DNA from: Nitrospirota bacterium | Lineage (GTDB): Bacteria > Nitrospirota > UBA9217 | Assembly (NCBI GenBank): GCA_021814615.1 | Contig: JAKAHZ010000004.1 | Span: 6,246 to 70,245 of the forward strand | DNA: 64,000 nucleotides | Reading direction: 5' to 3' | Notes under the pieces: generated by a model | What the model was told of the DNA's origin: nothing | Databases searched by the model: none | The model's input: the letters and a program-made list of their open reading frames with translations, nothing else | Position numbers and translations under genes: made by a program | In this document: one piece after another, positions 10,828-19,796 of the stretch | Position numbering within the stretch: position 1 is the stretch's first letter | Layout: each line of letters opens with the position of its first letter

Positions 10828-11729
10828 TCTTCTCCACCGCTTTCCGATTTCCCGGCGCGACGCGCGCGGGGATGGGCGCGGTCATAGGCGTCCATGAGCG
10901 AATCGAGGTTCAGGTGTGTGTAACGCTGCGTTGTCGATAGACTGGCATGGCCGAGCAGCTCCTGGATCGAGCGCAGATCGGCTCCGGATTCCAGAAGGTG
11001 CGTGGCAAAGCTGTGCCGCAGCGTGTGCGGGGTCGCATTGCTCTGCAGTCCCAGCGCTTTTCGATATTTGGCTACAATACGCTGAACGCTCCGGGCTGTC
11101 AAGCGTTTTCCCGACGGGCCGGTAAAGACGGCGTCGCCGGATGCCGTTTCAGGGCTCTTGCGCGAGCAATAGGCGTCAATGGCGCCGAGTGCATGCCGGC
11201 CGATGGGAACAATCCGCTCCTTGCGGCCTTTGCCGCGGACCCGGAGCAGCCGGTCCTGCCGGTTGATGTCCGCCTGGTCGATCGCCACCAGCTCGCCGGC
11301 GCGGATTCCGGCGGAATAGAGCGTTTCGAGCACTGCTCGGTCGCGGAGAGCGGCGGAAGCATCGCCGTCCGGAGATGCGAGCATGCGGAACGCATCGTCA
11401 ACGCTCAGGACCGCCGGAAGCCTTTTCTCCCGTTTCGGCGTTGAAAGGAGCGCCGCGGGGTTCCGGGCCACGACTCCTTCCCGCAAGAGGTAGCGGAACA
11501 ACGAGCGAATGGCCGCAAGTTTGCGGGCGATGGTCGCTTTCGCCAGCGAACCGGCGTACAGATGGCCCAGATAGCGCCTGAGCTCCAGGTGATCGACATC
11601 GGCGATGTCCCTGGGGCCGAAGAAACGGCAGAACTCCTCGAGATCCGTGCGGTAGCTCCGGTCGGTATGGGGCGAAACATTCCGTACCGTGCGCAGGTAG
11701 ACGAGGAAATCTGCAGCGTGCTTTTGCAT
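10824..11729 (-). CDS. xerC: Tyrosine recombinase XerC
   Basis: [44 protein letters not shown]; canonical position upstream of hslV. Confidence 0.9.
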   Translation of the reverse strand: MQKHAADFLVYLRTVRNVSPHTDRSYRTDLEEFCRFFGPRDIADVDHLELRRYLGHLYAGSLAKATIARKLAAIRSLFRYLLREGVVARNPAALLSTPKREKRLPAVLSVDDAFRMLASPDGDASAALRDRAVLETLYSAGIRAGELVAIDQADINRQDRLLRVRGKGRKERIVPIGRHALGAIDAYCSRKSPETASGDAVFTGPSGKRLTARSVQRIVAKYRKALGLQSNATPHTLRHSFATHLLESGADLRSIQELLGHASLSTTQRYTHLNLDSLMDAYDRAHPRARRAGKSESGGEE

Positions 11730-11735
11730 GCACCA

Positions 11736-11764
11736 ACTCTAGCTCAGTGAAGATGAATTTGCAA
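11736..11764 (-). promoter_or_regulatory. Sigma70-like promoter of xerC (probably leaderless)
   Basis: TTGCAA-N17-TAGAGT-N6-ATG, with no SD. Confidence 0.5.
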
Positions 11765-11788
11765 GGGGAAGGGACGTCCGGCAGGGTG

Positions 11789-14011
11789 TCAGGAGGGGCG
11801 GGAAAGGGCTTTCTTGATCGCCATCCCGATGTCCTGGAGGGAAAAGGGTTTCTGAACGAATCCTGCTGCGCCCTGGCGCAGGAGCTCATTGATGCCCGAA
11901 AAATTGTTGTTGCTGTACCCGGAATAGAGCAAGACGGGGACGGCCGCGTCGATGGTCTTGAGCGAACGAAATACCTCGCTGCCCCCCATTTTTGGCATGA
12001 CCATGTCGAGGATGACAAGAGAGATGTCTCCCCGCCGCTCACGGAATTGCGCTATGCCGCTTACGCCGTTCTCGGCCAGGAATACCGTGTAGCCGAGGGA
12101 TGTCAGGATGTCCCTGCAGAGTTCGCGCACATGCGGTTCGTCGTCAATGACCAGAATCGTACCGCTGCCGCGGATGTCCGTGAGTTCATCGTTTGCAGGC
12201 TGAACGGCAACGCGGGTAACGGGAAGATAGATATTGAACCGTGTGCCTTTGCCCGGTTCGCTGTAGAGGTTAATGTACCCGCCGTGGTTGTTGACGATCG
12301 AATGAACGATGTAGAGGCCGAGTCCCGATCCTTTGCCGGCTTCCTTGGTGGTGAAAAAAGGATCGAAGATTTTCGTCTGGGTTTCCGCATCAATACCCGA
12401 TCCCGTATCAGCGATCGACAGCCTGATGAAACCGCGTTCCTCCGGGTGTCCATCCCCGGTCGTCAAGCTGCGGTCGGACACCAGGGCGGTTTCGATGATG
12501 AGCCTGCCGCCCTTTGGCATGGCGTCCCGCGCATTCACGGCAAGATTGATGATGACCTGCTGGAGCTGCGAAGCGTCGGCGTCGGTGACCGGCAGGCTTT
12601 CGTCGAGGGCCGTCACGAGTTCGATGTCCTTGGGGAGGCTCCGGGAGAGGAGATCGAGGGAGCTCCGTACGATGTCGTTCACGGCAACCGGTTTGGACTC
12701 GAGCTGTTCCTTGCGGGTGATGGTCAGTATCTTCTTGCCGAATTCTGCGCCGCGCTTCGCCGCGTCGTGAATGATCTGCGCCGGCTTGTGGAGCGGGTCT
12801 CCCTCTGTCGTTTGCCTGCAGATGATGCTGGAGTATCCGAGGATAGCCGTGAGAAGGTTATTGAAATCATGTGCCATGCCGCCGGCCAGGGTTCCTACGG
12901 CCTCGAGCTTCTGGGAGCGCATGAGGCGTTCCTGGAACCTTCGCTGTTCCGAGATGTCGATCAGGTATCCGTCGTATCCCGCGATTTTTCCCTGCGCATC
13001 CCGCTCGGGATAGAGCGAAAGGGAAATCGTCAGTTCGCTCCCCTCCCTTCCGACGGCGCGCATATCGCGATGGTGGATCTCTCCGGCCGCGGCCATGGCC
13101 AGGCAGGCAGCCGCGTCGCTGTCTCCGAGGATCGCCTCGCAGAGCGAGGAGATGGGGCCGAAAAGTTCGTGAAACCGGTTGTTTGCCTCGATCAGCATCC
13201 CCTGGGGATCCATGCGGAAGATACCGTGATCCACGCGTTCGAAGAGCGACCGCATCCGGCGGTCCGATTCAACGAGTTGCCGCTCCTTGTCCGCAACGGA
13301 GCGGCACATGGCATGGAATTCCCGGTCCAGGTCCTTGAGCTCCGCGGGCGCGGACGCGGGAAGCGGGGTAGCGGCCGGCACGGCGCCGTGGCTGAACGCT
13401 TCGACGGCCTGATGGATTCTGAGCACCGGATTCACGATCATCCTGCGGATCAGGGCGACGAGCACGATAATGGCGAAAACGGCGATGGATGCGGCGATCA
13501 CCATGGTCGTGATGATGAGCCGGCGCACCTCGGTGCGCAGCGTCGCCGACGACAGGGTGAGCCTGACATAGCCGATGGTGACCGGCTCCGACGAAGGGGA
13601 GGGATGATACACGATGGGGCTGTAGAAATCGTAACTGTCTTCCTGCACGTAGTGGACGGCTTCGGGGGACTGTTCGAAGTGCCGGATCGCCTCGGGAAGG
13701 GGCGCCGAGGTGATCTGGTCGAAGGGGAAGGCATCAATGCTGTTCCAGATCGTGGAAAAGACCTGAAGCCGCGTGACATCGGGCGCCTGGATCACATAGG
13801 ACGCCTTGCGCAGAAGGTCCAGGTCCTCCTTGACCAGCCCTTCTTCCACGGCCTTGGAGAGCGTGTAGGTCAGCGTCTCTCCCCGCATGATCCGGTTCCG
13901 TTCCCGGCTTGCGGTATAGGTCGTCGTGAAAAATACCGTGATGACCGTTCCGATCACCACGATGATCACCGTGACGGCAATCGCGATGCGGGTCTGCAGG
14001 GAGCCCGTCAT
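11789..14011 (-). CDS. Membrane hybrid sensor histidine kinase (2 TM, HAMP, PAS, HisKA, HATPase, REC)
   Basis: LAGGMAHDFNNLL, NLAVNARDAM, DTGSG, FFTTK, GSGLGL; receiver VIDDE...LDMVMP...KPF. Confidence 0.93.
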   Translation of the reverse strand: MTGSLQTRIAIAVTVIIVVIGTVITVFFTTTYTASRERNRIMRGETLTYTLSKAVEEGLVKEDLDLLRKASYVIQAPDVTRLQVFSTIWNSIDAFPFDQITSAPLPEAIRHFEQSPEAVHYVQEDSYDFYSPIVYHPSPSSEPVTIGYVRLTLSSATLRTEVRRLIITTMVIAASIAVFAIIVLVALIRRMIVNPVLRIHQAVEAFSHGAVPAATPLPASAPAELKDLDREFHAMCRSVADKERQLVESDRRMRSLFERVDHGIFRMDPQGMLIEANNRFHELFGPISSLCEAILGDSDAAACLAMAAAGEIHHRDMRAVGREGSELTISLSLYPERDAQGKIAGYDGYLIDISEQRRFQERLMRSQKLEAVGTLAGGMAHDFNNLLTAILGYSSIICRQTTEGDPLHKPAQIIHDAAKRGAEFGKKILTITRKEQLESKPVAVNDIVRSSLDLLSRSLPKDIELVTALDESLPVTDADASQLQQVIINLAVNARDAMPKGGRLIIETALVSDRSLTTGDGHPEERGFIRLSIADTGSGIDAETQTKIFDPFFTTKEAGKGSGLGLYIVHSIVNNHGGYINLYSEPGKGTRFNIYLPVTRVAVQPANDELTDIRGSGTILVIDDEPHVRELCRDILTSLGYTVFLAENGVSGIAQFRERRGDISLVILDMVMPKMGGSEVFRSLKTIDAAVPVLLYSGYSNNNFSGINELLRQGAAGFVQKPFSLQDIGMAIKKALSRPS

Positions 14012-14877
14012 GGCACATCCAGGAGGGAAACAACATTCTGGGAACGGATGAACTTCTGTCCCTCCTTGCTGAGAATATAGTCCACGAACCGTTGCACCTC
14101 GGGTTTGGGTGAATGGGGAAGCAGAATGAACAGGGGCCTGCGATAGGGATAGGCGCCGGAAATAATGTTCTTGACCGTCGGTTTGACGCCGTTCACCTTC
14201 AGCAGTTTGACAGCCCGTTTCTGGGCGCTCGAGAAACCGGTGACGGCGAAACCGTCCGGGGTTTTTTCGACCATTTGTTCGACAATGCCGGTGGAAGCGA
14301 GGAACAGCGTGTCCGGCGATTCCACAGGTTCCTTTCCCTGCAGGATGAGCGACTTCGTCGAGGACTCGACGCCGGAAAGTCCGATCCGGGCGCGGGAGAT
14401 GAACAGTTTGATCCGACCATCCCTGCCCTTGAGCTGCTTCCAGTCCCGGATACGGTTCATCAGGATATCGTGGATCTGGGCGGCCGTGACGGAGGAGACG
14501 GTATTGGAGGGATGGACGATGAAGACGAGCGCATCCCAGGCAACCTGCACGAACTGCACATCCTGGGGGTCGTCCTTCTCGCGCGACCGGCAGGAAGCGG
14601 CGAAATCCACTTTTCCGCTCCTGAGATCATCGATGCCAACGGCGCTGCCGCCGCCGCGGACGAGCACCCGGACGCCGGTGCGGCGCTCATACTCCCTCGC
14701 CAGCTCGGTGAGGTATCCCTCGTTGCTGACCGAACAGCCGCTGCCGGCAATGTAATCCGCGGCCAGAACGGGAGTGGTTGGGGTGATCAGGATAATCAGG
14801 AATGCGACGATGACGAATGACGGCAAGAACCGCGCGGCGTTGCGACATGGCTGTGATGAGTAGTGCCAGGGAATCAC
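14008..14877 (-). CDS. PstS-like periplasmic substrate-binding protein coupled to the kinase
   Basis: GGGSAVGI, VAWDALVFIVHPSN, YPYRRPLF; 4-bp overlap with the kinase start; no ABC permease nearby. Confidence 0.8.
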   Translation of the reverse strand: MIPWHYSSQPCRNAARFLPSFVIVAFLIILITPTTPVLAADYIAGSGCSVSNEGYLTELAREYERRTGVRVLVRGGGSAVGIDDLRSGKVDFAASCRSREKDDPQDVQFVQVAWDALVFIVHPSNTVSSVTAAQIHDILMNRIRDWKQLKGRDGRIKLFISRARIGLSGVESSTKSLILQGKEPVESPDTLFLASTGIVEQMVEKTPDGFAVTGFSSAQKRAVKLLKVNGVKPTVKNIISGAYPYRRPLFILLPHSPKPEVQRFVDYILSKEGQKFIRSQNVVSLLDVP

Positions 14878-15005
14878 GACGCCTCCTCCACAGGATGTCC
14901 GGCAGGAGCAAGTAGCTTACAATAGCATAGACCGGCGCAGAATACAAGCATTGCGCTCCGGACTGCCCGGGCCGAAAGGGAAGGGGCGAAGACGCGTCGC
15001 CGCGC

Positions 15006-17285
15006 TTATTCGGACGGCTCGGGCGCGCCCGCGGGAACCGGGATTTCCTTGTATCCGCATTCCTTTTTATAGCAGGCGATGGTGATGCCGGTCTTCTTCG
15101 AGAATTTCTCGACCAGGAAGGGGGCGCCGCACTGCGGGCAGGGGCGGGGGACCGGTTTGTACCAGAGCGCGAACTTGCAGTTCGGATAATTGGCGCAGGA
15201 ATAAAACACCTTGCCGAACCGGGACCGGCGCTCGACGATCTTGCCGCCGTCCTCGGGGCAGGTGACGCCCGTGGACATGCCCTGGGTGTGGTTGCATTCG
15301 GGATACCGGGAGCAGGCGAGGAACTTGCCGAACCGTCCCCGCTTCACGACCATCGGGGAATTGCACTTGGGGCAGAGCTCGTCGGTCGTCTCCTCGGGAG
15401 CCGCCTGCACTTCGCCGCTCTCGGTGCGCACGAAGGGCTTGGTATTTTTGCAGTCGGGGTACCCGGAGCAGGCGAGGAACTGGCCGTTTCTGCCCCATTT
15501 GATCACCATCGGTTTGCCGCACTTGTCGCAGGCGATGTCCGTCGGCGTCAGCTCGGCCTTCAGGTTCTTCATCTCCGACTGGGCGGTCTCGAGGTCCTTG
15601 GCAAAGGGCCCGTAGAAGTCCCTTACCGCCGCGACCCACTTCATTTCGCCTTCCTCGATCTTGTCCAGTTCCGATTCCAGGCGGGCGGTGAACTCCACGT
15701 CGAGAATATTGGCAAAGTACTGGACAAGGAGCTTGTTCACCAGCTCGCCGAGTTCGGTGGGGCGGAACTTGTTCTCCACCTTCTCGACATAATCGCGGTC
15801 CTGGATCGTCGAGATGATGGCGGCGTAGGTGCTCGGCCGTCCGATGCCCTTTTCCTCCAGGGTCTTGACGAGAAGCGCCTCGGAAAAACGCGGCGGCGGC
15901 TGGGTGAAGTGCTGCTTCGGATCGAGCTTGAGCAGCGTCAGGACCTGGCCGTCGGCGAGGGGCGGCAACAGGCCTTCGGCGGCCTCGTCCTCGGCCGGCT
16001 GCTGATCCTCGGATTTCTCCTCGGTGTAGACCGCCATGAAACCGGGGAATTTGACGACCGAGCCGGTGGCCCGGAAGATATAGCCCTTCGCCGTGATGTC
16101 GGCGGAGGTCTGGTCGATGATCGCCGGGTTCATCTGGCTTGCAATGAACCGGTTCCAAACGAGCTTGTACAGCTTGTACTGGTCGGGTTCCAGATGCTGC
16201 TTGATTGCGTCGGGCTCCCGCATGGCCGACGTGGGCCGGATCGCCTCGTGCGCTTCCTGCGCCGTTTTCGCGCTGGCATAGACCGGCGGTTTTTCGGGCA
16301 GGAACGCCGCGCCGTATTTCTTCCCGATCAGTTCCCGGGCCTCGTCCTGCGCCTCCCTGCTCACGCGCGTCGAGTCCGTACGCATGTAAGTGATCAGACC
16401 GACGGTTCCTTCCTTGCCGATATCGACGCCTTCATAGAGGGACTGGGCCACGCCCATGGTCCGGCGCGCGGTGAATCCGAGCTTGCGTCCTGCCTCCTGC
16501 TGCAGTTTGCTCGTGGTGAAGGGGGGGACGGGATTCCTGCGGCGCTCCTTGCGCTCCACCCGCGACACGACATAGCTGGCGCCGGCGAGCGCAGCCAGGA
16601 TCTGCTGCACCTCGTCGTTGTTCCTGACCCGGAGTTTCTCCTCGTCCTTCTTGAGCAGCTTGGCCTCGAACTGCGGCGGGACGGCTCCTTCGAGGAGCGC
16701 GGTGAGCGACCAGAACTCCTCGGGCTTGAAGGCCTTGATCTCCTCCTCTCGTTCGCAGATCAGCCGCACCGCAACCGACTGGACGCGGCCCGCGGACAGC
16801 CCGCGGCGCACCTTTTTCCAGAGCAGGGGGCTGATCTGGTATCCCACGAGGCGGTCGAGGACCCGGCGGGCCTGCTGAGCGTCGACCTTGTTCACATCGA
16901 TCTTGCCGGGCTGCTCGATGGCCTGGAGAATGGCCTTCTTCGTGATCTCGTTGAACAGGACGCGGTAGATCGCCTCGGGAACGACGGCGCTCGAAACGAC
17001 CTCGGCCACATGGGAGGCGATGGCCTCGCCTTCGCGGTCGGGGTCCGTCGCGATCAGCACGCGGTCCGCCTTCTTTGCGGCGCTTTTCAGCTCCTTGACC
17101 ACCGGCGCCTTGCCCTTGATCTGGATGTAGGTGGGAAGAAAGTCCTTCTCGATGTCCACACCGAGCTTGCTTTTGGGAAGGTCCATGATGTGGCCGACGG
17201 ATGCCTTGACCGTATAGTCCTTCCCCAGGTATTTGCCGATGGTCTTTGCCTTTGCCGGAGACTCTACGATAACCAGTGATTTCAT
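15006..17285 (-). CDS. topA: DNA topoisomerase I
   Basis: IVESPAKAKTI, ATDPDREGE, SAGRVQS, ITYMRTD, GIGRPSTY; C-terminal C4 zinc ribbons. Confidence 0.98.
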   Translation of the reverse strand: MKSLVIVESPAKAKTIGKYLGKDYTVKASVGHIMDLPKSKLGVDIEKDFLPTYIQIKGKAPVVKELKSAAKKADRVLIATDPDREGEAIASHVAEVVSSAVVPEAIYRVLFNEITKKAILQAIEQPGKIDVNKVDAQQARRVLDRLVGYQISPLLWKKVRRGLSAGRVQSVAVRLICEREEEIKAFKPEEFWSLTALLEGAVPPQFEAKLLKKDEEKLRVRNNDEVQQILAALAGASYVVSRVERKERRRNPVPPFTTSKLQQEAGRKLGFTARRTMGVAQSLYEGVDIGKEGTVGLITYMRTDSTRVSREAQDEARELIGKKYGAAFLPEKPPVYASAKTAQEAHEAIRPTSAMREPDAIKQHLEPDQYKLYKLVWNRFIASQMNPAIIDQTSADITAKGYIFRATGSVVKFPGFMAVYTEEKSEDQQPAEDEAAEGLLPPLADGQVLTLLKLDPKQHFTQPPPRFSEALLVKTLEEKGIGRPSTYAAIISTIQDRDYVEKVENKFRPTELGELVNKLLVQYFANILDVEFTARLESELDKIEEGEMKWVAAVRDFYGPFAKDLETAQSEMKNLKAELTPTDIACDKCGKPMVIKWGRNGQFLACSGYPDCKNTKPFVRTESGEVQAAPEETTDELCPKCNSPMVVKRGRFGKFLACSRYPECNHTQGMSTGVTCPEDGGKIVERRSRFGKVFYSCANYPNCKFALWYKPVPRPCPQCGAPFLVEKFSKKTGITIACYKKECGYKEIPVPAGAPEPSE

Positions 17286-17413
17286 GGTGGTGTTGACCTT
17301 TCACGCCGGGAACGGGTGCCGCCGGGGACGCATGGCGATGCTCCGTTCCGCAGCGGCTGCGGGCGCCTGCTTCTCAGTGTGCTCGGCCTCGCTCTGCTAC
17401 CGAAGCCGAAGCC

Positions 17414-17884
17414 CTAATGCCACGATGCTCCCTTGCGCTCGGGGACCGGGGCGTCGTCCTCTTCCGGTTCATCCCTGCCTTCAAAAAAGTTGAGGATCAG
17501 CAGGGGCTTTACGTCGGAAAGACCGATCTTCCTGCGGTGCAGGGACAGGGCTTTCTCGATGATCTCCTCGCGCTGGTCCGCCGTAATGATGCCGAGCAGT
17601 GCCAGCTTGGAAACGAACCCGAAGGCGTCGACGGCGAATCGCGTCCGCTCTTCGGCGGTCATGGTGCGCATGCCGCCCTGCATCAGGGCATCGCCCGGTT
17701 GCTCGGCGCGCAGGGCATCGAGCGACAGGGATTGCATCATCGTGAGGGCGGTGTCCACGTCCTGAGGATGATAGCCGCTCTTCACCAGGGCGTTCATGAT
17801 GCTTCCTTCCTTATTGAACAGATCCTGGCGCGACTGCACCTGGCCGGCAATGAGCGAGACGAGATGCATAAAATGTTCTTCCAC
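17414..17884 (-). CDS. DUF494/Smg-like protein
   Basis: MRTMTAEERTRF...QREEIIEKA pattern; conserved position between dprA and topA. Confidence 0.65.
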   Translation of the reverse strand: MEEHFMHLVSLIAGQVQSRQDLFNKEGSIMNALVKSGYHPQDVDTALTMMQSLSLDALRAEQPGDALMQGGMRTMTAEERTRFAVDAFGFVSKLALLGIITADQREEIIEKALSLHRRKIGLSDVKPLLILNFFEGRDEPEEDDAPVPERKGASWH

Positions 17885-17909
17885 GTGCTATGGTACCGGT
17901 CCTTTCTGA

Positions 17910-19007
17910 TTACGTAGCGACCCTCATAAAATACTTCCCCGGAAGCTGTTTTGCAAGTCCCTTCAATTCGAGGACCGTCAGAACGCCGCTGAGCCGCCCG
18001 GGATCGCTGCCCAGTTTCGCGCCGAGGTCGTCGATGTGCAGGGGCTCGGACGTGAGCTGCGAGAGCGCCGCCGCCTCGTCGGGCGAAAGGAGCGGCAGCG
18101 GCGGCTGAAGCTGCGGAGGCACGTCCCGGCCTCCGAGGTGGCGGAGCACGTCTGCGGCCTGGGAGACGAGGATCGCCCCCTGGCTGATCAGGCTGTTCGA
18201 TCCCTTGCTCACCGGCGAACTGACGTTGCCCGGCACGGCAAAGAGTTTCCTGCTCTGCTTACGGGCGAAGTCCGCGGTGATCAGGGAGCCGCTGTCCTCG
18301 GATGCTTCGATGATGACCGTGCCTGCCGCAAGGCCGCTGATAATGCGGTTCCTGCCGGGAAAGTAGCCGCTCTCCGGGCGCGTGCCGAAGGGATTCTCCG
18401 AGAGGACCGCGCCGTTCACGGCGATCTCCTCCAGAAGTCCGCGGTTTTCGGGAGGATAGGCCACATCGATGCCGCATCCCAGGACCGCGATGGTCCTGCC
18501 GCCGCCCGCCAGGGCGCCCTGGTGCGCGGCGGTATCGATGCCCCGCGCGCAACCGCTTACGACGGTCCGGCCCGCCTGGGCGAGTTCATTAGCCATGCGG
18601 CGAGTGACCGTGAGGCCGTATTGAGTCGGCGTTCTCGTCCCCACCAGCGCAACCGCCCCGCCGTCTCCCGCCGTGAGCGTGCCGCGCACATACAGGTAGA
18701 GCGGGGCATCGGGAATGTCCCTGAGACAGGCGGGAAAGGCGTCGTCAGCCGATGTGAGCACGGCAACGCCTGCGGACTCCGCCCGCTCAAGCTCCTGCTC
18801 GGCCTGCTCCCGCCAGGCGTGCGAGCCGATGGCCAGCGCTACCTTGTCCGGCACGCCCGGAACCGCGGCGATCTCCTCCGGGGTCGCGGCAAGCACCTTG
18901 CCCGGAGAGCCGAAGGCCGCCGCCAGTTTGCGGAACGTCCGGCGTCCCACGCCGGGCACTGAGTTCAGCCCGATCCATGCAAGTGTCTCTGAAGGTGTGG
19001 ATGTCAT
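17910..19007 (-). CDS. dprA: DNA-processing protein DprA
   Basis: ALVGTR, VVSGCARGIDTAAH, RNRIISGL, SGSLITA; C-terminal winged helix. Confidence 0.96.
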   Translation of the reverse strand: MTSTPSETLAWIGLNSVPGVGRRTFRKLAAAFGSPGKVLAATPEEIAAVPGVPDKVALAIGSHAWREQAEQELERAESAGVAVLTSADDAFPACLRDIPDAPLYLYVRGTLTAGDGGAVALVGTRTPTQYGLTVTRRMANELAQAGRTVVSGCARGIDTAAHQGALAGGGRTIAVLGCGIDVAYPPENRGLLEEIAVNGAVLSENPFGTRPESGYFPGRNRIISGLAAGTVIIEASEDSGSLITADFARKQSRKLFAVPGNVSSPVSKGSNSLISQGAILVSQAADVLRHLGGRDVPPQLQPPLPLLSPDEAAALSQLTSEPLHIDDLGAKLGSDPGRLSGVLTVLELKGLAKQLPGKYFMRVAT

Positions 19008-19033
19008 GCGCGGTCCCTCGCTACGGGATAGCA

Positions 19034-19061
19034 ATTATACAGACAGCCGGGGTTTAGTCAA
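19034..19061 (-). promoter_or_regulatory. Sigma70 promoter of dprA
   Basis: TTGACT-N16-TATAAT on the minus strand. Confidence 0.6.
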
Positions 19062-19118
19062 GGAAAATCTCCCGGCAGGTTGGTGGACGGTGCAGCATGT
19101 TGCGCAACGGAAAGGAGA

Positions 19119-19796
19119 TTATGAACGCCCGGCTCGCCGGAAAAGCGCGGGCAGAAGGGTAAAAAGGGCGAGGATCACCAGTGCAAGGAGCATCCTGCCG
19201 GAAAGGATATCACCGGCGGTCCTGATCGTTTCCAGCTGCATTCCCGCAAAGGCGAAGACCGCCGTTCCCGGAAGGATGCCGACGGCAGTGGTCCAGAGGA
19301 AGTCCTTGAGCGGGATGGACGTGAGGCCCGACAGGAAATTGACGAGAAAAAAGGGAAAGACGGGAATGAACCGGAGGGTGAGCAGGTACCGCCTGCCGTT
19401 CCGGTCCAGTTCTTCATTGAACCGCCTGAGCTGGAGGGCATAGGCCTGCTGCAGCCGGGCCCCGAGCAGGTGCCGGGCGGAAAGAAACGCGAGCGCTGCG
19501 CCCATGGTCGCGCCGAGATCGACGGCGGCAACGGCGGCCGCGACGCCGAAGAGATAGCCGCCTGCCACGGTCATGACCGCTGCGCCGGGGATCGAAAGCG
19601 CCGTGACGCATATATAGGCCAGGACGTACAGGAACAGAGCGGCTGCGCGATGGTTGTGCACGAAGAGCGCGAGCGTGTCGCGGTGCTTCCGGATGTTCTC
19701 GAAGGTGAGCAGATCGCCGACCCCCGCGAAACGGAGCGCGATGATCGCCGCGGCGAACAGGAGAAGCAGCGAGAGTTTTGCCGGCCGGGAGGTCAC
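19119..19796 (-). CDS. TVP38/TMEM64 (DedA/SNARE-associated, YdjX-like) membrane protein
   Basis: LSIPGA..GGYLFG, LRFIPVFPFFLVN, GILPGT. Confidence 0.88.
   Translation of the reverse strand: MTSRPAKLSLLLLFAAAIIALRFAGVGDLLTFENIRKHRDTLALFVHNHRAAALFLYVLAYICVTALSIPGAAVMTVAGGYLFGVAAAVAAVDLGATMGAALAFLSARHLLGARLQQAYALQLRRFNEELDRNGRRYLLTLRFIPVFPFFLVNFLSGLTSIPLKDFLWTTAVGILPGTAVFAFAGMQLETIRTAGDILSGRMLLALVILALFTLLPALFRRAGRS

Noticed and set aside
10824..11729. Phage or island integrase
   Set aside because: Size, motifs and position in the xerC-hslV-hslU block indicate housekeeping XerC.
11747..14080. 777-aa plus-strand ORF, and similar long antisense ORFs such as 15288..17279, 26679..28121 and 28518..29999
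   Set aside because: These are shadow frames of well-supported minus-strand genes in GC-rich DNA and have no recognisable motifs.
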